A stretch of 64,000 bases of DNA, taken from the NCBI GenBank assembly GCA_018435125.1, contig JAHDNZ010000022.1, positions 13,196-77,195 of the forward strand, read 5' to 3'. Shown here piece after piece: positions 29,345-39,803 of this stretch. The notes beneath the pieces were generated by a model. The model did no database searches and was not told the DNA's origin. It saw nothing but the letters and a program-made list of their open reading frames with translations. Each line of letters starts with the position of its first letter. Position 1 is the first letter of the stretch. Both the position numbers and the translations under genes were made by a program. The DNA comes from Bacillota bacterium. Lineage in GTDB: Bacteria; Bacillota; DTU065.

Positions 29345-30508
29345 ATGAATAAATATAGAACGTGTGAAAGTGTATGTAAAGGTCATCCCGATAAATTATG
29401 TGACCTTATTTCAGATAGCATTTTAGATGCGTGTTTAAGAAAAGATAAATCCTCTCGTGTCGCTTGTGAGGTGATGGCAACCAAAGGACACATCATTGTT
29501 GCCGGTGAGATTACCTGCTCAAAGAGAATTGACATTAGAGGTGTTGTCCGCCGTGTTCTTACGGATGTGGGCTACAATCCTAGAAAGTTTTTAGTCTTTG
29601 TCTATGTCCATCAGCAAAGTAAAGATATCGCAGGTGGTGTAGATCAAGCTTTGGAATCTCGTGAGGGTGATACGTCATGGTATTCCATGTTAGGAGCGGG
29701 TGACCAAGGCACCGTTTATGGCTATGCCACCAATGAAACTAGTGAGAAACTACCTCTCCCCTTAGTCTTATCTCATGCCATTTGCGAAAAGCTGGATAAG
29801 GTGATGAAGAATGGCGTAATCAAAGACATTGGCCCAGATGGTAAGGCTCAAGTGACGGTGGAATATGAAGGTGACAAACCAAAACGAATTAAGACCATCG
29901 TTGTCTCTGTTCAACACAGTGCAGATAAAGATTTAGATGTCTTGCGAAATGAAGTCATTGCTCAGGTGCTGTGGCCCGTCTTTGAAAAATATCCATTTGA
30001 CAATGAAACAGAGATTCTCATTAATCCAAGTGGACGATTTGTTGAAGGAGGACCAGCAGCTGATACCGGTCTTACGGGAAGAAAAATCATGGTTGATACC
30101 TATGGCGGACTCGCCGCTCATGGTGGCGGTGCATTTTCAGGCAAAGACCCGACCAAAGTTGACCGCAGTGGTGCCTATATGGCAAGAGCCATTGCAAAGA
30201 ACATCGTTCGGTGTGGCTTTGCTAAACGATGCCAGGTTGCGATTTCCTATGCTATTGGAAAAGCAGATCCGGTTGCTCTTGAGATTGATACCTTTGGAAC
30301 AGGCACGGTGGAAGAAAGTATCCTTTGCCGTGCCGTGTTAGATGTATTCAATCTAAGGCCTGCAGCCATTATTGAAAAGCTAAAGCTAACGGATGTCATT
30401 TATGCAGATACGGCTACTTACGGCCATTTCAGATATGGATTAAGCACTTGGGAGTTTTTGGATTGTTATACAGAACTAAGGGAGGCGGTAAACAAATATG
30501 TTGATTGA
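29345..30508 (+). CDS. metK: Phage-encoded S-adenosylmethionine synthetase (MetK homolog, divergent)
   Basis: CESVCKGHPDKLCDLISDSILDA (cf. [23 protein letters not shown]), GGGAFSGKDPTKVDRSGAYMARAIAKNIV, DTYGG, full length 387 aa. Confidence 0.85.
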   Translation: MNKYRTCESVCKGHPDKLCDLISDSILDACLRKDKSSRVACEVMATKGHIIVAGEITCSKRIDIRGVVRRVLTDVGYNPRKFLVFVYVHQQSKDIAGGVDQALESREGDTSWYSMLGAGDQGTVYGYATNETSEKLPLPLVLSHAICEKLDKVMKNGVIKDIGPDGKAQVTVEYEGDKPKRIKTIVVSVQHSADKDLDVLRNEVIAQVLWPVFEKYPFDNETEILINPSGRFVEGGPAADTGLTGRKIMVDTYGGLAAHGGGAFSGKDPTKVDRSGAYMARAIAKNIVRCGFAKRCQVAISYAIGKADPVALEIDTFGTGTVEESILCRAVLDVFNLRPAAIIEKLKLTDVIYADTATYGHFRYGLSTWEFLDCYTELREAVNKYVD

Positions 30509-31736
30509 AAAGAAGAATACAAAAGACCTCATACCTGCGACATACAATCCTCGTAAAGATTTGAAACCAGGAGATGCAGAATACGATAAATTAAAACGAT
30601 CCATTGAACAATTTGGTTATGTAGAGCCGGTTATCTGGAATAAGATGACCGGCCATGTTGTTGGTGGGCATCAAAGACTGAAGGTTCTCATCGATATGGG
30701 CATCACAGAAGTTGAATGTGTCATTATCGAGATGGACGAAGAGAAAGAAAAAGCACTTAACATCGCACTCAATAAAATCAGCGGTGATTGGGACAAGGAT
30801 AAACTGGCCCTTTTAATTTCAGATTTACAAGGTGTAGATTTTGATGTTTCCCTAACTGGATTTGACCCTAAAGAACTGGATGACTTATTTAAAGACACGC
30901 TGAAAGAGGGGATACACGATGATGACTTTGATGTGGAGACAGAACTAAAAAAGCCTGCCATCAGCAAGCTTGGTGACATCTGGACGCTTGGCAGACACAG
31001 GCTTATCTGTGGTGACTCCACAAAGGAAGAAACCTATGATGTGCTGATGAATAAAAAGAAGGCAAACTTGTGCGTAACAGATCCTCCCTACAATGTGAAT
31101 TATGAAGGTGCTGCAGGGAAAATCAAAAATGACCATATGGCAAATGATGCCTTCTACCAGTTCCTCTTAGATGCCTTTATCAATATCGAAGAAGTTCTGG
31201 CAGACGATGCCTCTATCTATGTATTCCATGCCGACACCGAAGGGTTTAATTTTAGAAAAGCCTTCTCGGATGCCGGTTTTTACTTGTCCGGCTGTTGTAT
31301 ATGGAAAAAGGACTCTCTTGTACTGGGGCGTTCTCCGTATCAATGGCAGCACGAACCTGTGCTGTTTGGCTGGAAGAAGAAAGGCAAGCATCAGTGGTAT
31401 ACAGGTAGGAAAGAAACCACCATCTGGGAATTTGATAAGCCAAAGAGAAACGGTGACCATCCTACGATGAAGCCTATTCCTCTTCTCGCCTATCCAATTT
31501 TGAACTCCTCTATGAGTAACACCATTGTGCTTGACCCATTTGGCGGAAGTGGTAGTACCCTAATTGCCTGTGAGCAATCAGAACGCATCTGCTACACCGT
31601 GGAACTAGATGAGAAGTTTTGTGATGTCATTATTAAACGCTACATTGAGCAGGTTGGAACTTCCAAAGAAGTCAGTGTTCAAAGAGACGGGCTTAGCTAT
31701 GGTTTTGATGAATTGGATTTAGCTGCAGATGAGTAG
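30498..31736 (+). CDS. ParB-like nuclease domain fused to DNA methyltransferase (N6-A/N4-C class, DPPY motif)
   Basis: N-terminal ParBc; catalytic CVTDPPYNVNYEG; SAM motif VLDPFGGSGSTLIA. Confidence 0.85.
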   Translation: MLIEKKNTKDLIPATYNPRKDLKPGDAEYDKLKRSIEQFGYVEPVIWNKMTGHVVGGHQRLKVLIDMGITEVECVIIEMDEEKEKALNIALNKISGDWDKDKLALLISDLQGVDFDVSLTGFDPKELDDLFKDTLKEGIHDDDFDVETELKKPAISKLGDIWTLGRHRLICGDSTKEETYDVLMNKKKANLCVTDPPYNVNYEGAAGKIKNDHMANDAFYQFLLDAFINIEEVLADDASIYVFHADTEGFNFRKAFSDAGFYLSGCCIWKKDSLVLGRSPYQWQHEPVLFGWKKKGKHQWYTGRKETTIWEFDKPKRNGDHPTMKPIPLLAYPILNSSMSNTIVLDPFGGSGSTLIACEQSERICYTVELDEKFCDVIIKRYIEQVGTSKEVSVQRDGLSYGFDELDLAADE

Positions 31737-31804
31737 TCGGCGCTGTTTGGTTTACACAATTAGAGGGAAATACTTAGGGTTTCTTTCTACACCAAATAAT
31801 CGAG

Positions 31805-31848
31805 AAAAAGCTTGCTATATCAGTGCTTTAGAGTGATATATGTACATA
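31805..31848 (+). repeat. Copy A of ~45-bp intergenic cassette AAAAAGCTTGCTAT..GCTTTAGAGTGATATATGTA (hairpin + promoter-like)
   Basis: Near-identical to 56205-56246 upstream of the first serine recombinase. Confidence 0.5.
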
Positions 31849-31872
31849 CCAAAACAAAAGGAGGTTTTGTAC

Positions 31873-32562
31873 ATGGTCATTAACTATAACGTAACAGGAG
31901 CAGAAAGAAAAAGGCTAGTCGCAGCCCTTAGTAATCTCATAGGAGTTAAAGCTAAGTACCTTGGAATGCCTAGTATGGCATATGAGGTAGGTGACTTTAC
32001 CATCGACAAGAATGGAAACCTTGAACTCAGTGACAAGGTAAACAGCGAAGAAATCGAACGTGTGGCTGGGCATTTAGCCAGCGAGGGTTTTATTGCCGAG
32101 GAAGAGATAAGCGCTACAGAGGGCAAACAAACGGCAGACAGCGAGGAGTTTGGCCTTATAGTTTCCATGCCAAGGAGCAACTTTTCTGAAGGCGCACTTG
32201 AAAACTTACAAGCACTTGTTGAGGCAAAAGGAGAACTAATTCGTCATGCACTTGATGTAGACGATTTACCGATTAAGATTTCAAAAGAGGAAGTCTCATT
32301 TCCTTGGTTTGAAGAAATGCCTTCACCAGAAGAGGTACAAGCGTATACCCACTTTATTTCAGCTCTTTGTGAGATGGCAAGGAATCAAAAACGCATCACG
32401 GTAAAAGAGAAGGAAGTAGAAAATGAGAAATACGCATTCAGATGCTTTTTACTCCGCCTTGGCTTTATCGGAAAAGAATATAAGGAAGAACGAAAAATAC
32501 TGCTTAGAAACCTAACAGGTTCATCGGCATTTAAAGGAGGAGCTAAAAATGAGGATAATTAG
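31873..32562 (+). CDS. Phage hypothetical protein
   Basis: AAAAGGAGG RBS then ATG 31873. Confidence 0.45.
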   Translation: MVINYNVTGAERKRLVAALSNLIGVKAKYLGMPSMAYEVGDFTIDKNGNLELSDKVNSEEIERVAGHLASEGFIAEEEISATEGKQTADSEEFGLIVSMPRSNFSEGALENLQALVEAKGELIRHALDVDDLPIKISKEEVSFPWFEEMPSPEEVQAYTHFISALCEMARNQKRITVKEKEVENEKYAFRCFLLRLGFIGKEYKEERKILLRNLTGSSAFKGGAKNEDN

Positions 32563-32779
32563 TAAAGAACAACTACAAAATCTTCGTGAGAAGTATCCTG
32601 TAGGATGCCGAGTAGAACTTCTAAGAATGGATGATATTCAGGCACCTGCGATTGGTACAAAAGGAACAGTCATAGGTGTTGATGACATCGGCTCAATCAT
32701 GGTGTCTTGGGAAACTGGCTCCAGTTTATCAGTCGTTTTTGGAGAAGACCTGTGCAGGAGGATTGAAGATGACAAGTAA
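32549..32779 (+). CDS. Phage small hypothetical protein (DUF4314-like)
   Basis: AAAGGAGGAG RBS; 76 aa. Confidence 0.4.
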   Translation: MRIISKEQLQNLREKYPVGCRVELLRMDDIQAPAIGTKGTVIGVDDIGSIMVSWETGSSLSVVFGEDLCRRIEDDK

Positions 32780-32948
32780 GATAAAAGAACAGATTCTTGC
32801 CATTCGAGATACCGGTGAAACCAATATGTTTGATGTGCGAAAAGTACAGGAAATCGCTCTGAGGGAAGGGTATAACGAGCTATTTGTTTACCTTGCAGAT
32901 AACGTGGGGGCCTATTCCCGGTTCATTCTGACAGGCAAGGAGGAATAA
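32769..32948 (+). CDS. Phage small hypothetical protein
   Basis: GCAGGAGG RBS then ATG 32769. Confidence 0.35.
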   Translation: MTSKIKEQILAIRDTGETNMFDVRKVQEIALREGYNELFVYLADNVGAYSRFILTGKEE

Positions 32949-32952
32949 AACC

Positions 32953-33177
32953 GTGTGGAAAGAAGGTAGCATTAAAGTTCATGACAGCATCATCCATTAT
33001 TGGGTAAAGTGCTATGAGAAAAGTTCGGAATTTGGCATTGACAAGGGGCGCATCTCAAAGCTGATGCTTAAGCGCAAAGAAGAGATTATTGCAAATTATG
33101 ACCGAGGCTGGGACATTGAACCTGTGGATGAGGATACAGAAATTGCGCTTGCAATCTTATTATTAGAACACAACTAA
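32953..33177 (+). CDS. Phage small hypothetical protein
   Basis: 74-aa ORF directly after previous. Confidence 0.35.
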   Translation: MWKEGSIKVHDSIIHYWVKCYEKSSEFGIDKGRISKLMLKRKEEIIANYDRGWDIEPVDEDTEIALAILLLEHN

Positions 33178-33280
33178 ATAGCAACAGAGGACAGTGCCAA
33201 CATTGGCTCTGTTTCTCGTATAGAAAGAGTAATAAGGCTTGCTTGATGCGGGTCTATTTTTATGCTCATTTTGAAGAGGG

Positions 33281-34891
33281 GTGACCGCAATCAGAAAACT
33301 TAAGAAATATAAACCGACTCCTTTTATGGCAAAGGACTCTATTTACGATAAAGATGCTGCAGATTATGCGGTCAACTTTATCGAATGCTTAAGTCATACC
33401 AAGGGGAAATGGTCAGGAAAGCCCTTTGAACTGATTGATTGGCAAGAGCAGATTATCAGGGATTTGTTTGGAACACTGAAACCAGATGGCTACAGGCAAT
33501 TTAATACGGCTTATATTGAGATTCCAAAGAAAATGGGAAAATCAGAATTAGCTGCTGCCGTAGCCTTGTTACTTACATGTGGTGATGGTGAAGAGCGAGC
33601 AGAAGTCTACGGTTGCGCTGCAGATAGGCAACAGGCATCCATTGTTTTTGAGGTGGCTGCTGATATGGTACGTATGAGTCCGGCTCTAAGTAAACGAGTC
33701 AAAATCTTATCGGCAACAAAACGAATCGTTTTTCAACCGACTAATAGTTTTTATCAAGTGCTTTCAGCAGAGGCCTATTCAAAGCATGGCTTTAATATTC
33801 ATGGTGTTGTTTTTGATGAGTTGCATACGCAGCCCAACAGAAAACTCTTTGATGTCATGACCAAAGGTTCTGGTGATGCCAGAACACAGCCCCTATATTT
33901 TCTTATCACCACGGCAGGATCTGATACAAAATCAATCTGCTATGAAACCCATCAGAAAGCCAAAGACCTCATGGAGAAAAGAAAGATTGACCCTACTTTT
34001 TATCCGGTTATTTATGGAGCAGATGAGTCAGATGATTGGACAGATCCGAAGGTGTGGAAAAAAGCTAATCCAAGCCTTGGCATAACGGTAGGGATTGATA
34101 AGGTAAAAGCCGCTTGTGAATCAGCCAAGCAAAACCCTGCAGAAGAGAATGCCTTTAGACAGTTACGACTTAATCAGTGGGTCAAACAGGCGGTTCGCTG
34201 GATGCCAATGGACAGGTGGGATAAATGTGCCTTTGCCGTAAATGAAGAGGATTTACTTGGAAGGGTATGCTATGGCGGACTAGACCTTTCTAGCTCCATT
34301 GATATTACTGCCTTTGTATTGGTGTTTCCTCCCCTAGATGAGGATGATAAATACATCATTCTTCCCTACTTTTGGCTGCCAGAAGAAACTCTAAGTGCCA
34401 GGGTCAACCGTGACCATGTTCCCTATGATGTCTGGGAAAAGCAGGATCACCTTAAAACAACCGAAGGAAATGTAGTTCATTACGGTTTTATTGAGAAGTT
34501 TATTGAAGAACTTGGCGAAAAGTACAATATTCGTGAGATTGCCTTTGACCGTTGGGGAGCCGTACAAATGGTTCAAAACCTAGAAGGCATGGGTTTTACT
34601 GTTGTCCCCTTTGGTCAAGGATTTAAGGATATGAGTCCACCGACTAAGGAACTGATGAAACTAACGCTAGAAGAAAAGGTTGCTCATGGTGGGCATCCTG
34701 TACTTCGTTGGATGATGGATAACATTTTTGTTCGAACAGACCCGGCAGGCAACATCAAGCCGGACAAGGAAAAATCATCAGAAAAGATTGATGGTGCAGT
34801 GGCAACGATTATGGCTCTTGATCGAGCGATTCGTTGTGGCAATGATACGAGTGCTTCGGTTTATGACAACCGAGGCATTCTCTTTATATGA
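33281..34891 (+). CDS. Phage terminase large subunit
   Basis: GTG start; Walker A-like KKMGKSELAAAVALLL, ATPase + C-terminal nuclease length 536 aa. Confidence 0.85.
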   Translation: MTAIRKLKKYKPTPFMAKDSIYDKDAADYAVNFIECLSHTKGKWSGKPFELIDWQEQIIRDLFGTLKPDGYRQFNTAYIEIPKKMGKSELAAAVALLLTCGDGEERAEVYGCAADRQQASIVFEVAADMVRMSPALSKRVKILSATKRIVFQPTNSFYQVLSAEAYSKHGFNIHGVVFDELHTQPNRKLFDVMTKGSGDARTQPLYFLITTAGSDTKSICYETHQKAKDLMEKRKIDPTFYPVIYGADESDDWTDPKVWKKANPSLGITVGIDKVKAACESAKQNPAEENAFRQLRLNQWVKQAVRWMPMDRWDKCAFAVNEEDLLGRVCYGGLDLSSSIDITAFVLVFPPLDEDDKYIILPYFWLPEETLSARVNRDHVPYDVWEKQDHLKTTEGNVVHYGFIEKFIEELGEKYNIREIAFDRWGAVQMVQNLEGMGFTVVPFGQGFKDMSPPTKELMKLTLEEKVAHGGHPVLRWMMDNIFVRTDPAGNIKPDKEKSSEKIDGAVATIMALDRAIRCGNDTSASVYDNRGILFI

Positions 34892-34900
34892 GGGAGGTGA

Positions 34901-36229
34901 TTGGTTTTGGGATTTTTATCATCCATTTTTAAGGCAAGAGATAAGCCTACTGATAGAGCGGTGAGTTCTAACTATACCTTTTTAATGGGTTCAAGCACAG
35001 CAGGTAAAACAGTGACCGAGCGGTCGGCACTTCAAATGACGGCCGTATACTCTTGTGTTCGAATATTAGCTGAAGCAGTAGCAGGGCTTCCTCTGCACCT
35101 TTATCGTTATACAGAAGATGGTGGCAAGGAAAAAGCAATTGACCACTCCTTGTATCGACTTTTGCACGATGAACCAAATGCTGAGATGAGTTCCTTTGTG
35201 TTTCGAGAAACAATGATGACTCATCTTTTATTATGGGGGAATTGTTATGCGCAGATTATTCGCAATGGTAAAGGTGAAGTTGTCGCGCTCTACCCCTTGA
35301 TGCCAAATCGGATGTCAGTTCATCGAGATGAAAGTGGGCAGCTCTATTACTTATATACCAGAGGTGCAGATGATGTGAACAGCACAAAGGGTATGACCGT
35401 AAAACTTAGTACCTCCGATGTACTTCATATTCCCGGACTCGGGTTTGATGGACTGGTTGGCTACTCCCCGATTGCGATGGCTAAAAATGCGATTGGTCTA
35501 GCCATTGCAACAGAGGAATATGGAGCCAAGTTCTTTGCTAACGGTGCTGCTCCAAGTGGTGTGCTTGAACATCCAGGAACGATTAAAGAACCTGGGAAAG
35601 TCAGAGAGGCTTGGCAGTCACAATTTGGTGGCAGTGCCAATTCCAATAAAATAGCTGTGCTTGAAGAAGGGATGAAATATACACCGATTTCTATCTCACC
35701 AGAACAAGCACAATTCCTTGAAACAAGGAAATTTCAAATCAATGAAATTGCTCGGATTTTTAGAGTCCCTCCCCACATGGTAGGCGACCTTGAAAAATCG
35801 AGTTTTTCTAATATTGAGCAACAATCCCTTGAGTTTGTGAAATACACCTTAGACCCGTGGGTAGTGCGTTGGGAGCAAACCCTAGCCCGCACCCTTTTTA
35901 CACCGGAAGAAAAGAAAAAATACTTCTTTAGATTCAATGTAGAAGGTCTGCTTAGAGGGGATTATGTTAGTCGCATGAGCGGGTATGCCACAGCAAGGCA
36001 GAACGGTTGGATGAGTGCAAATGATATTAGGGAACTTGAAAACCTAGACCGTATCCCTTCAGAGGATGGCGGTGACATGTACCTTGTCAACGGCAATATG
36101 CTCCCTCTTACAAAGGCAGGTGCATTCGCAAATACAAACGAGGATGGAAAGGAGGAAGACTTGGATGAAGAACAAGATGTTTTGGCGATGGAAGAACCAA
36201 GCAAGCGAACAAGAAGAACGAGTTCTTGA
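34901..36229 (+). CDS. Phage portal protein (HK97 family)
   Basis: TTG start after GAGGGAGGTGA; portal-family segments MTAVYSCVRILAE, position after TerL. Confidence 0.75.
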   Translation: MVLGFLSSIFKARDKPTDRAVSSNYTFLMGSSTAGKTVTERSALQMTAVYSCVRILAEAVAGLPLHLYRYTEDGGKEKAIDHSLYRLLHDEPNAEMSSFVFRETMMTHLLLWGNCYAQIIRNGKGEVVALYPLMPNRMSVHRDESGQLYYLYTRGADDVNSTKGMTVKLSTSDVLHIPGLGFDGLVGYSPIAMAKNAIGLAIATEEYGAKFFANGAAPSGVLEHPGTIKEPGKVREAWQSQFGGSANSNKIAVLEEGMKYTPISISPEQAQFLETRKFQINEIARIFRVPPHMVGDLEKSSFSNIEQQSLEFVKYTLDPWVVRWEQTLARTLFTPEEKKKYFFRFNVEGLLRGDYVSRMSGYATARQNGWMSANDIRELENLDRIPSEDGGDMYLVNGNMLPLTKAGAFANTNEDGKEEDLDEEQDVLAMEEPSKRTRRTSS

Positions 36230-36896
36230 GCTTTATGGAACAATCGCTGAAGAAAGCTGGTTTGATGACGATGTGACCCCACAGATGTTTAGAAATGAAC
36301 TCTTTAGCAAAAAAGGACCCATCACCTTATGGATTAACTCACCGGGTGGAGATTGCATTGCCGCAAGTCAGATTTATACCATGTTGATGGATTACCCAGA
36401 TGAGGTAACCGTCAAGATTGATGGGATTGCAGCATCAGCCGCTTCTGTCATTGCCATGGCAGGAACAAAGGTACTAATGGCTCCGACAGCACTCATGATG
36501 ATTCATAACCCAGCAACCATCACGATGGGCGATCATGAAGACATGAAACGAGCGATCGAGATGTTAGATGAGGTGAAAGAAAGCATTATCAATGCCTATG
36601 AGATTAAGACTGGAGTATCTCGCATCAAACTATCTCATTTGATGGATGCTGAAACCTGGATGAATGCCAACAAAGCCATAGAACTTGGCTTTGCAGACGA
36701 TGTGCTAAAGGATGAGAAACAATCCGAACCCACTTTTTCTGCCTATGCGTTTTCTAGAAAAGCAGTGGCAACTAACCTACTTAACAAAATGGCAGAAAAG
36801 AATAAACCAATTCAGGCGGAGGAATCTCTAAAACCACAAGGGCGCTCAATTGATGAACTCAAGGAGCGTCTTTTAATTATCAAAAAATATATGTAA
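36165..36896 (+). CDS. Head maturation protease, ClpP-like (S14)
   Basis: AAGGAGGAAG RBS; LWINSPGGDCIAASQIYTMLMDYPDEVTVKIDGIAASAASVIAMAG. Confidence 0.8.
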   Translation: MKNKMFWRWKNQASEQEERVLELYGTIAEESWFDDDVTPQMFRNELFSKKGPITLWINSPGGDCIAASQIYTMLMDYPDEVTVKIDGIAASAASVIAMAGTKVLMAPTALMMIHNPATITMGDHEDMKRAIEMLDEVKESIINAYEIKTGVSRIKLSHLMDAETWMNANKAIELGFADDVLKDEKQSEPTFSAYAFSRKAVATNLLNKMAEKNKPIQAEESLKPQGRSIDELKERLLIIKKYM

Positions 36897-36912
36897 ATGG
36901 AGGAATTTTACT

Positions 36913-38109
36913 ATGACGATTACAGAAATGCGTAACAAGCGCAAAAAGCTTATTGAAACGATGGACGGGTTCTTGGACACTCATAAAACCAAGAATGGCA
37001 CATTGTCCGGAGAAGATGATAAAACCTACAAAACCATGGAAGATGAGATCACTGAACTCACGAATGAAATCCATCGCATGGAAAGACGTGAAGCAATCGA
37101 GGCTGAACTTGAAAAACCTGTCAGCAAGCCAATCATTGAAAATCCGATGAATGGTCGAATGGATAACAGTGAAATTAAAACTGGCCGAGCAGCTGATTCT
37201 TATAAGACAGCAATGCTTTCAGCTCTTCGTTCAAACTTCCGTAATGTATCCAATGTCCTGCAAGAAGGTGTTGATGCTGATGGTGGATATCTGGTTCCAG
37301 AAGAGTATGACACGAGACTGATTGATGGGCTGAAAGACGAAAATATCATTCGTAAGCTGGGTCATACCATTACCACATCTGGTGAGCGAAAAATTAATAT
37401 TGCAGCTACAAAACCTGCAGCTGCATGGATTGATGAGGGAGAGGCACTGACCTTTAGTGATGCAACCTTCTCTCAAATTAATCTGGATGCTCACAAACTT
37501 CATGTAGCTGTAAAGGTTACCGAGGAACTGCTCTATGACAATGCCTTCCAACTGGAGAACTACATCATTGAGGAGTTTTATAAGGCTCTGGCTAATGCCG
37601 AGGAAGATGCCTTTATTAATGGTAATGGTACAGGGAAACCACTGGGTATTCTGGCTGCAAGTGGTGGTGCTGAAGTCGGTGTAACAGCAGCATCTGCAAC
37701 GGCGATTACTGCTGACGAAGTGATTAACCTTGTGTATTCCTTGAAGCGTCCTTATCGTAAAAATGCCGTGTTCATTTTAAATGACCAGACCATAGCGGCA
37801 CTTAGAAAACTAAAGGACGGTAACGGAGCCTATATGTGGCAAGCAGCTCTTGTTGCAGGTGAACCAGATAAACTACTTGGCTATCCTGTTTATACATCTG
37901 CTTATATGCCTACCATTGAGGCAGGTGCTAAGACCATTATCTTTGGCGATTTGTCTTACTACAACATTGGAGATCGTGGTTCTCGTTCCTTTGCAGAACT
38001 TCGTGAGCTGTTTGCAGGTAATGGCATGGTCGGTTTTGTAGCTAAAGAACGTGTGGATGGCAAGTTAGTACTACCTGAAGCAATCAAGGTTCTTCAGCAG
38101 AAAGCCTAA
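36913..38109 (+). CDS. Major capsid protein (HK97 fold) with N-terminal scaffold-like coiled coil
   Basis: N-terminal coiled coil then capsid core; position after protease. Confidence 0.8.
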   Translation: MTITEMRNKRKKLIETMDGFLDTHKTKNGTLSGEDDKTYKTMEDEITELTNEIHRMERREAIEAELEKPVSKPIIENPMNGRMDNSEIKTGRAADSYKTAMLSALRSNFRNVSNVLQEGVDADGGYLVPEEYDTRLIDGLKDENIIRKLGHTITTSGERKINIAATKPAAAWIDEGEALTFSDATFSQINLDAHKLHVAVKVTEELLYDNAFQLENYIIEEFYKALANAEEDAFINGNGTGKPLGILAASGGAEVGVTAASATAITADEVINLVYSLKRPYRKNAVFILNDQTIAALRKLKDGNGAYMWQAALVAGEPDKLLGYPVYTSAYMPTIEAGAKTIIFGDLSYYNIGDRGSRSFAELRELFAGNGMVGFVAKERVDGKLVLPEAIKVLQQKA

Positions 38110-38121
38110 CGGAGGTGCGAT

Positions 38122-38346
38122 ATGGATTACAACACAAAAAACTACACCGAACAAGGCGGAGATAAAACCGTCATCGCAGGAACGTTAGAGATTAAGGAGG
38201 GAGCAACCGTGACAGGTCTCCCTTCTTCTTTTACTCCTGCAGAAAACCAAGCACCTAGTGTGGCAGAAGATATTACGAGTTTAGTTGCTGATTTTAATGC
38301 ATTGCTTTCAAAGCTAAAAACAGCCGGACTCATAGAAGCTGATTAA
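38122..38346 (+). CDS. Phage small hypothetical protein
   Basis: 74 aa. Confidence 0.4.
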   Translation: MDYNTKNYTEQGGDKTVIAGTLEIKEGATVTGLPSSFTPAENQAPSVAEDITSLVADFNALLSKLKTAGLIEAD

Positions 38347-38368
38347 AAAGAGAAAGGATGGTAGCGGT

Positions 38369-38677
38369 ATGACACTGATTCAAAAGGTAAAGGCAAATTT
38401 GATTTTGGAGCATGAAGCTGATGACGAACTCTTAGAGATGTTCATCGCCGCTGCTGTCAGTTATGCCGAGAGTTATCAGCATGTACCAGAAAATTTCTAT
38501 AGCGACAATCCTATGCCACCGACTACAGAGCAAGCCATTATTATGCTTTCCTCTCATTTTTATGAAAGCAGAGATGGCAGTACAGGTGGCTTCTTTGCAG
38601 ATAATGTGCAGGCGGGTCAGCAGGTTTGGAAAACGGTCAACCTACTATTAAGACTCGATCGGGATTGGAAGGTGTAA
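38369..38677 (+). CDS. Head-tail connector (gp6-like DNA packaging protein)
   Basis: MTLIQKVKANLILEHEADDELLEMFIAAAVSYAE typical of gp6-like family. Confidence 0.65.
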   Translation: MTLIQKVKANLILEHEADDELLEMFIAAAVSYAESYQHVPENFYSDNPMPPTTEQAIIMLSSHFYESRDGSTGGFFADNVQAGQQVWKTVNLLLRLDRDWKV

Positions 38678-39042
38678 ACATTGAAAGCGAGGTACTGGTT
38701 GTGAGTTTCGGAAAAATGAATGGATTTGCTGATATTAAGGTAGTCACAAAAACAAAAGACAGTGAAGGATTTGCGACAACATCAGAAACCGTGATTGCTT
38801 CGATTCGAGTCTACCGGGAAGGGCGTCATGGCAGTGAACGCTGGGCTAACCTAGCTACTTTTTCAGAGGCTACAGATTTATTCAGGTTTCGTGCGATTCC
38901 AGGAGTCGAGGTCACGACAGAACATTTTATTGTGTGTGATGGAGAGCGTTTTGATATTACCTCGGTAGAAAACGTAAAAGGTCGAGGTATGTATACAGAA
39001 GTTTTGGCAAAGAAGGTGGTGAGCAGTATTGGCAAAAGTTGA
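38626..39042 (+). CDS. Head closure / head-tail adaptor protein (start uncertain)
   Basis: Position and size; TTG start candidate. Confidence 0.45.
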   Translation: MENGQPTIKTRSGLEGVNIESEVLVVSFGKMNGFADIKVVTKTKDSEGFATTSETVIASIRVYREGRHGSERWANLATFSEATDLFRFRAIPGVEVTTEHFIVCDGERFDITSVENVKGRGMYTEVLAKKVVSSIGKS

Positions 39043-39460
39043 TATTAAGATGCCCGATGATTTTTTGCTCAAGATTTCAAAGCTTGGATCTGACTTTGAC
39101 CCTGTTGCCGAAAAGGTGTTAAAAGCAGGTGGCGAAGTCGTTTTTAAACGAACGAAGAGTAATCTTTCTGCTGTAATCGGTAAAGGTACAAAGCATGAAT
39201 CACGATCAACGGGTGAATTAGAAAAGGCACTCGGTGTCACTTCAGTCAGGCTAGATAGGAACGGAAACCACGATATAAAAATTGGATTTTCTGAACCAAG
39301 GTCTGATGGCGAGAGTAATGCAAAACTAGCAAACATCCTTGAATACGGTAAACACGGTCAGCCTGCAAAACCTTTTTTGAAACCGGCTAAAAGTGCATCA
39401 AAGTCTGAGTGTATCTCGGTAATGAAAAGCACTTTTGAAGAGGAGGTTAAAAAGATATGA
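39029..39460 (+). CDS. HK97 gp10-family tail-completion protein
   Basis: TTG start after GAAGGTGGTGAG; N-terminal KVDIKMPDDFLLKIS. Confidence 0.55.
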   Translation: MAKVDIKMPDDFLLKISKLGSDFDPVAEKVLKAGGEVVFKRTKSNLSAVIGKGTKHESRSTGELEKALGVTSVRLDRNGNHDIKIGFSEPRSDGESNAKLANILEYGKHGQPAKPFLKPAKSASKSECISVMKSTFEEEVKKI

Positions 39461-39801
39461 GCATTCTAGCAGACTTACAAGTCGCTTTAGAATCACTGGA
39501 TGTTCCAATTGAAACAGGTGTGTTCTCCGATACTGCACCGTCAAAGTACATGGTGATTGTTCCGATGAGCGATAGCTTTGACCTTCATTCGGATAATCTA
39601 CCAGGCATCGATGTTCAAGAGGCACGGATTTCAATTTATAGCAAAGGCAGTTATACAGCGTTAAAAAATCAAGTGGTGCAGTTATTGTTGGCGTCTAGCT
39701 TTACCATAACCGCACGGAGCTACATCGGCTTTGAAGATGATACGGGCTATTACCACTACAACGTGGATGTAGCCAAACATTATGAAATAGGAGGTAATTA
39801 A
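39457..39801 (+). CDS. Tail-completion hypothetical protein (DUF3168-like)
   Basis: 114 aa; position. Confidence 0.4.
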   Translation: MSILADLQVALESLDVPIETGVFSDTAPSKYMVIVPMSDSFDLHSDNLPGIDVQEARISIYSKGSYTALKNQVVQLLLASSFTITARSYIGFEDDTGYYHYNVDVAKHYEIGGN

Positions 39802-39803
39802 AA

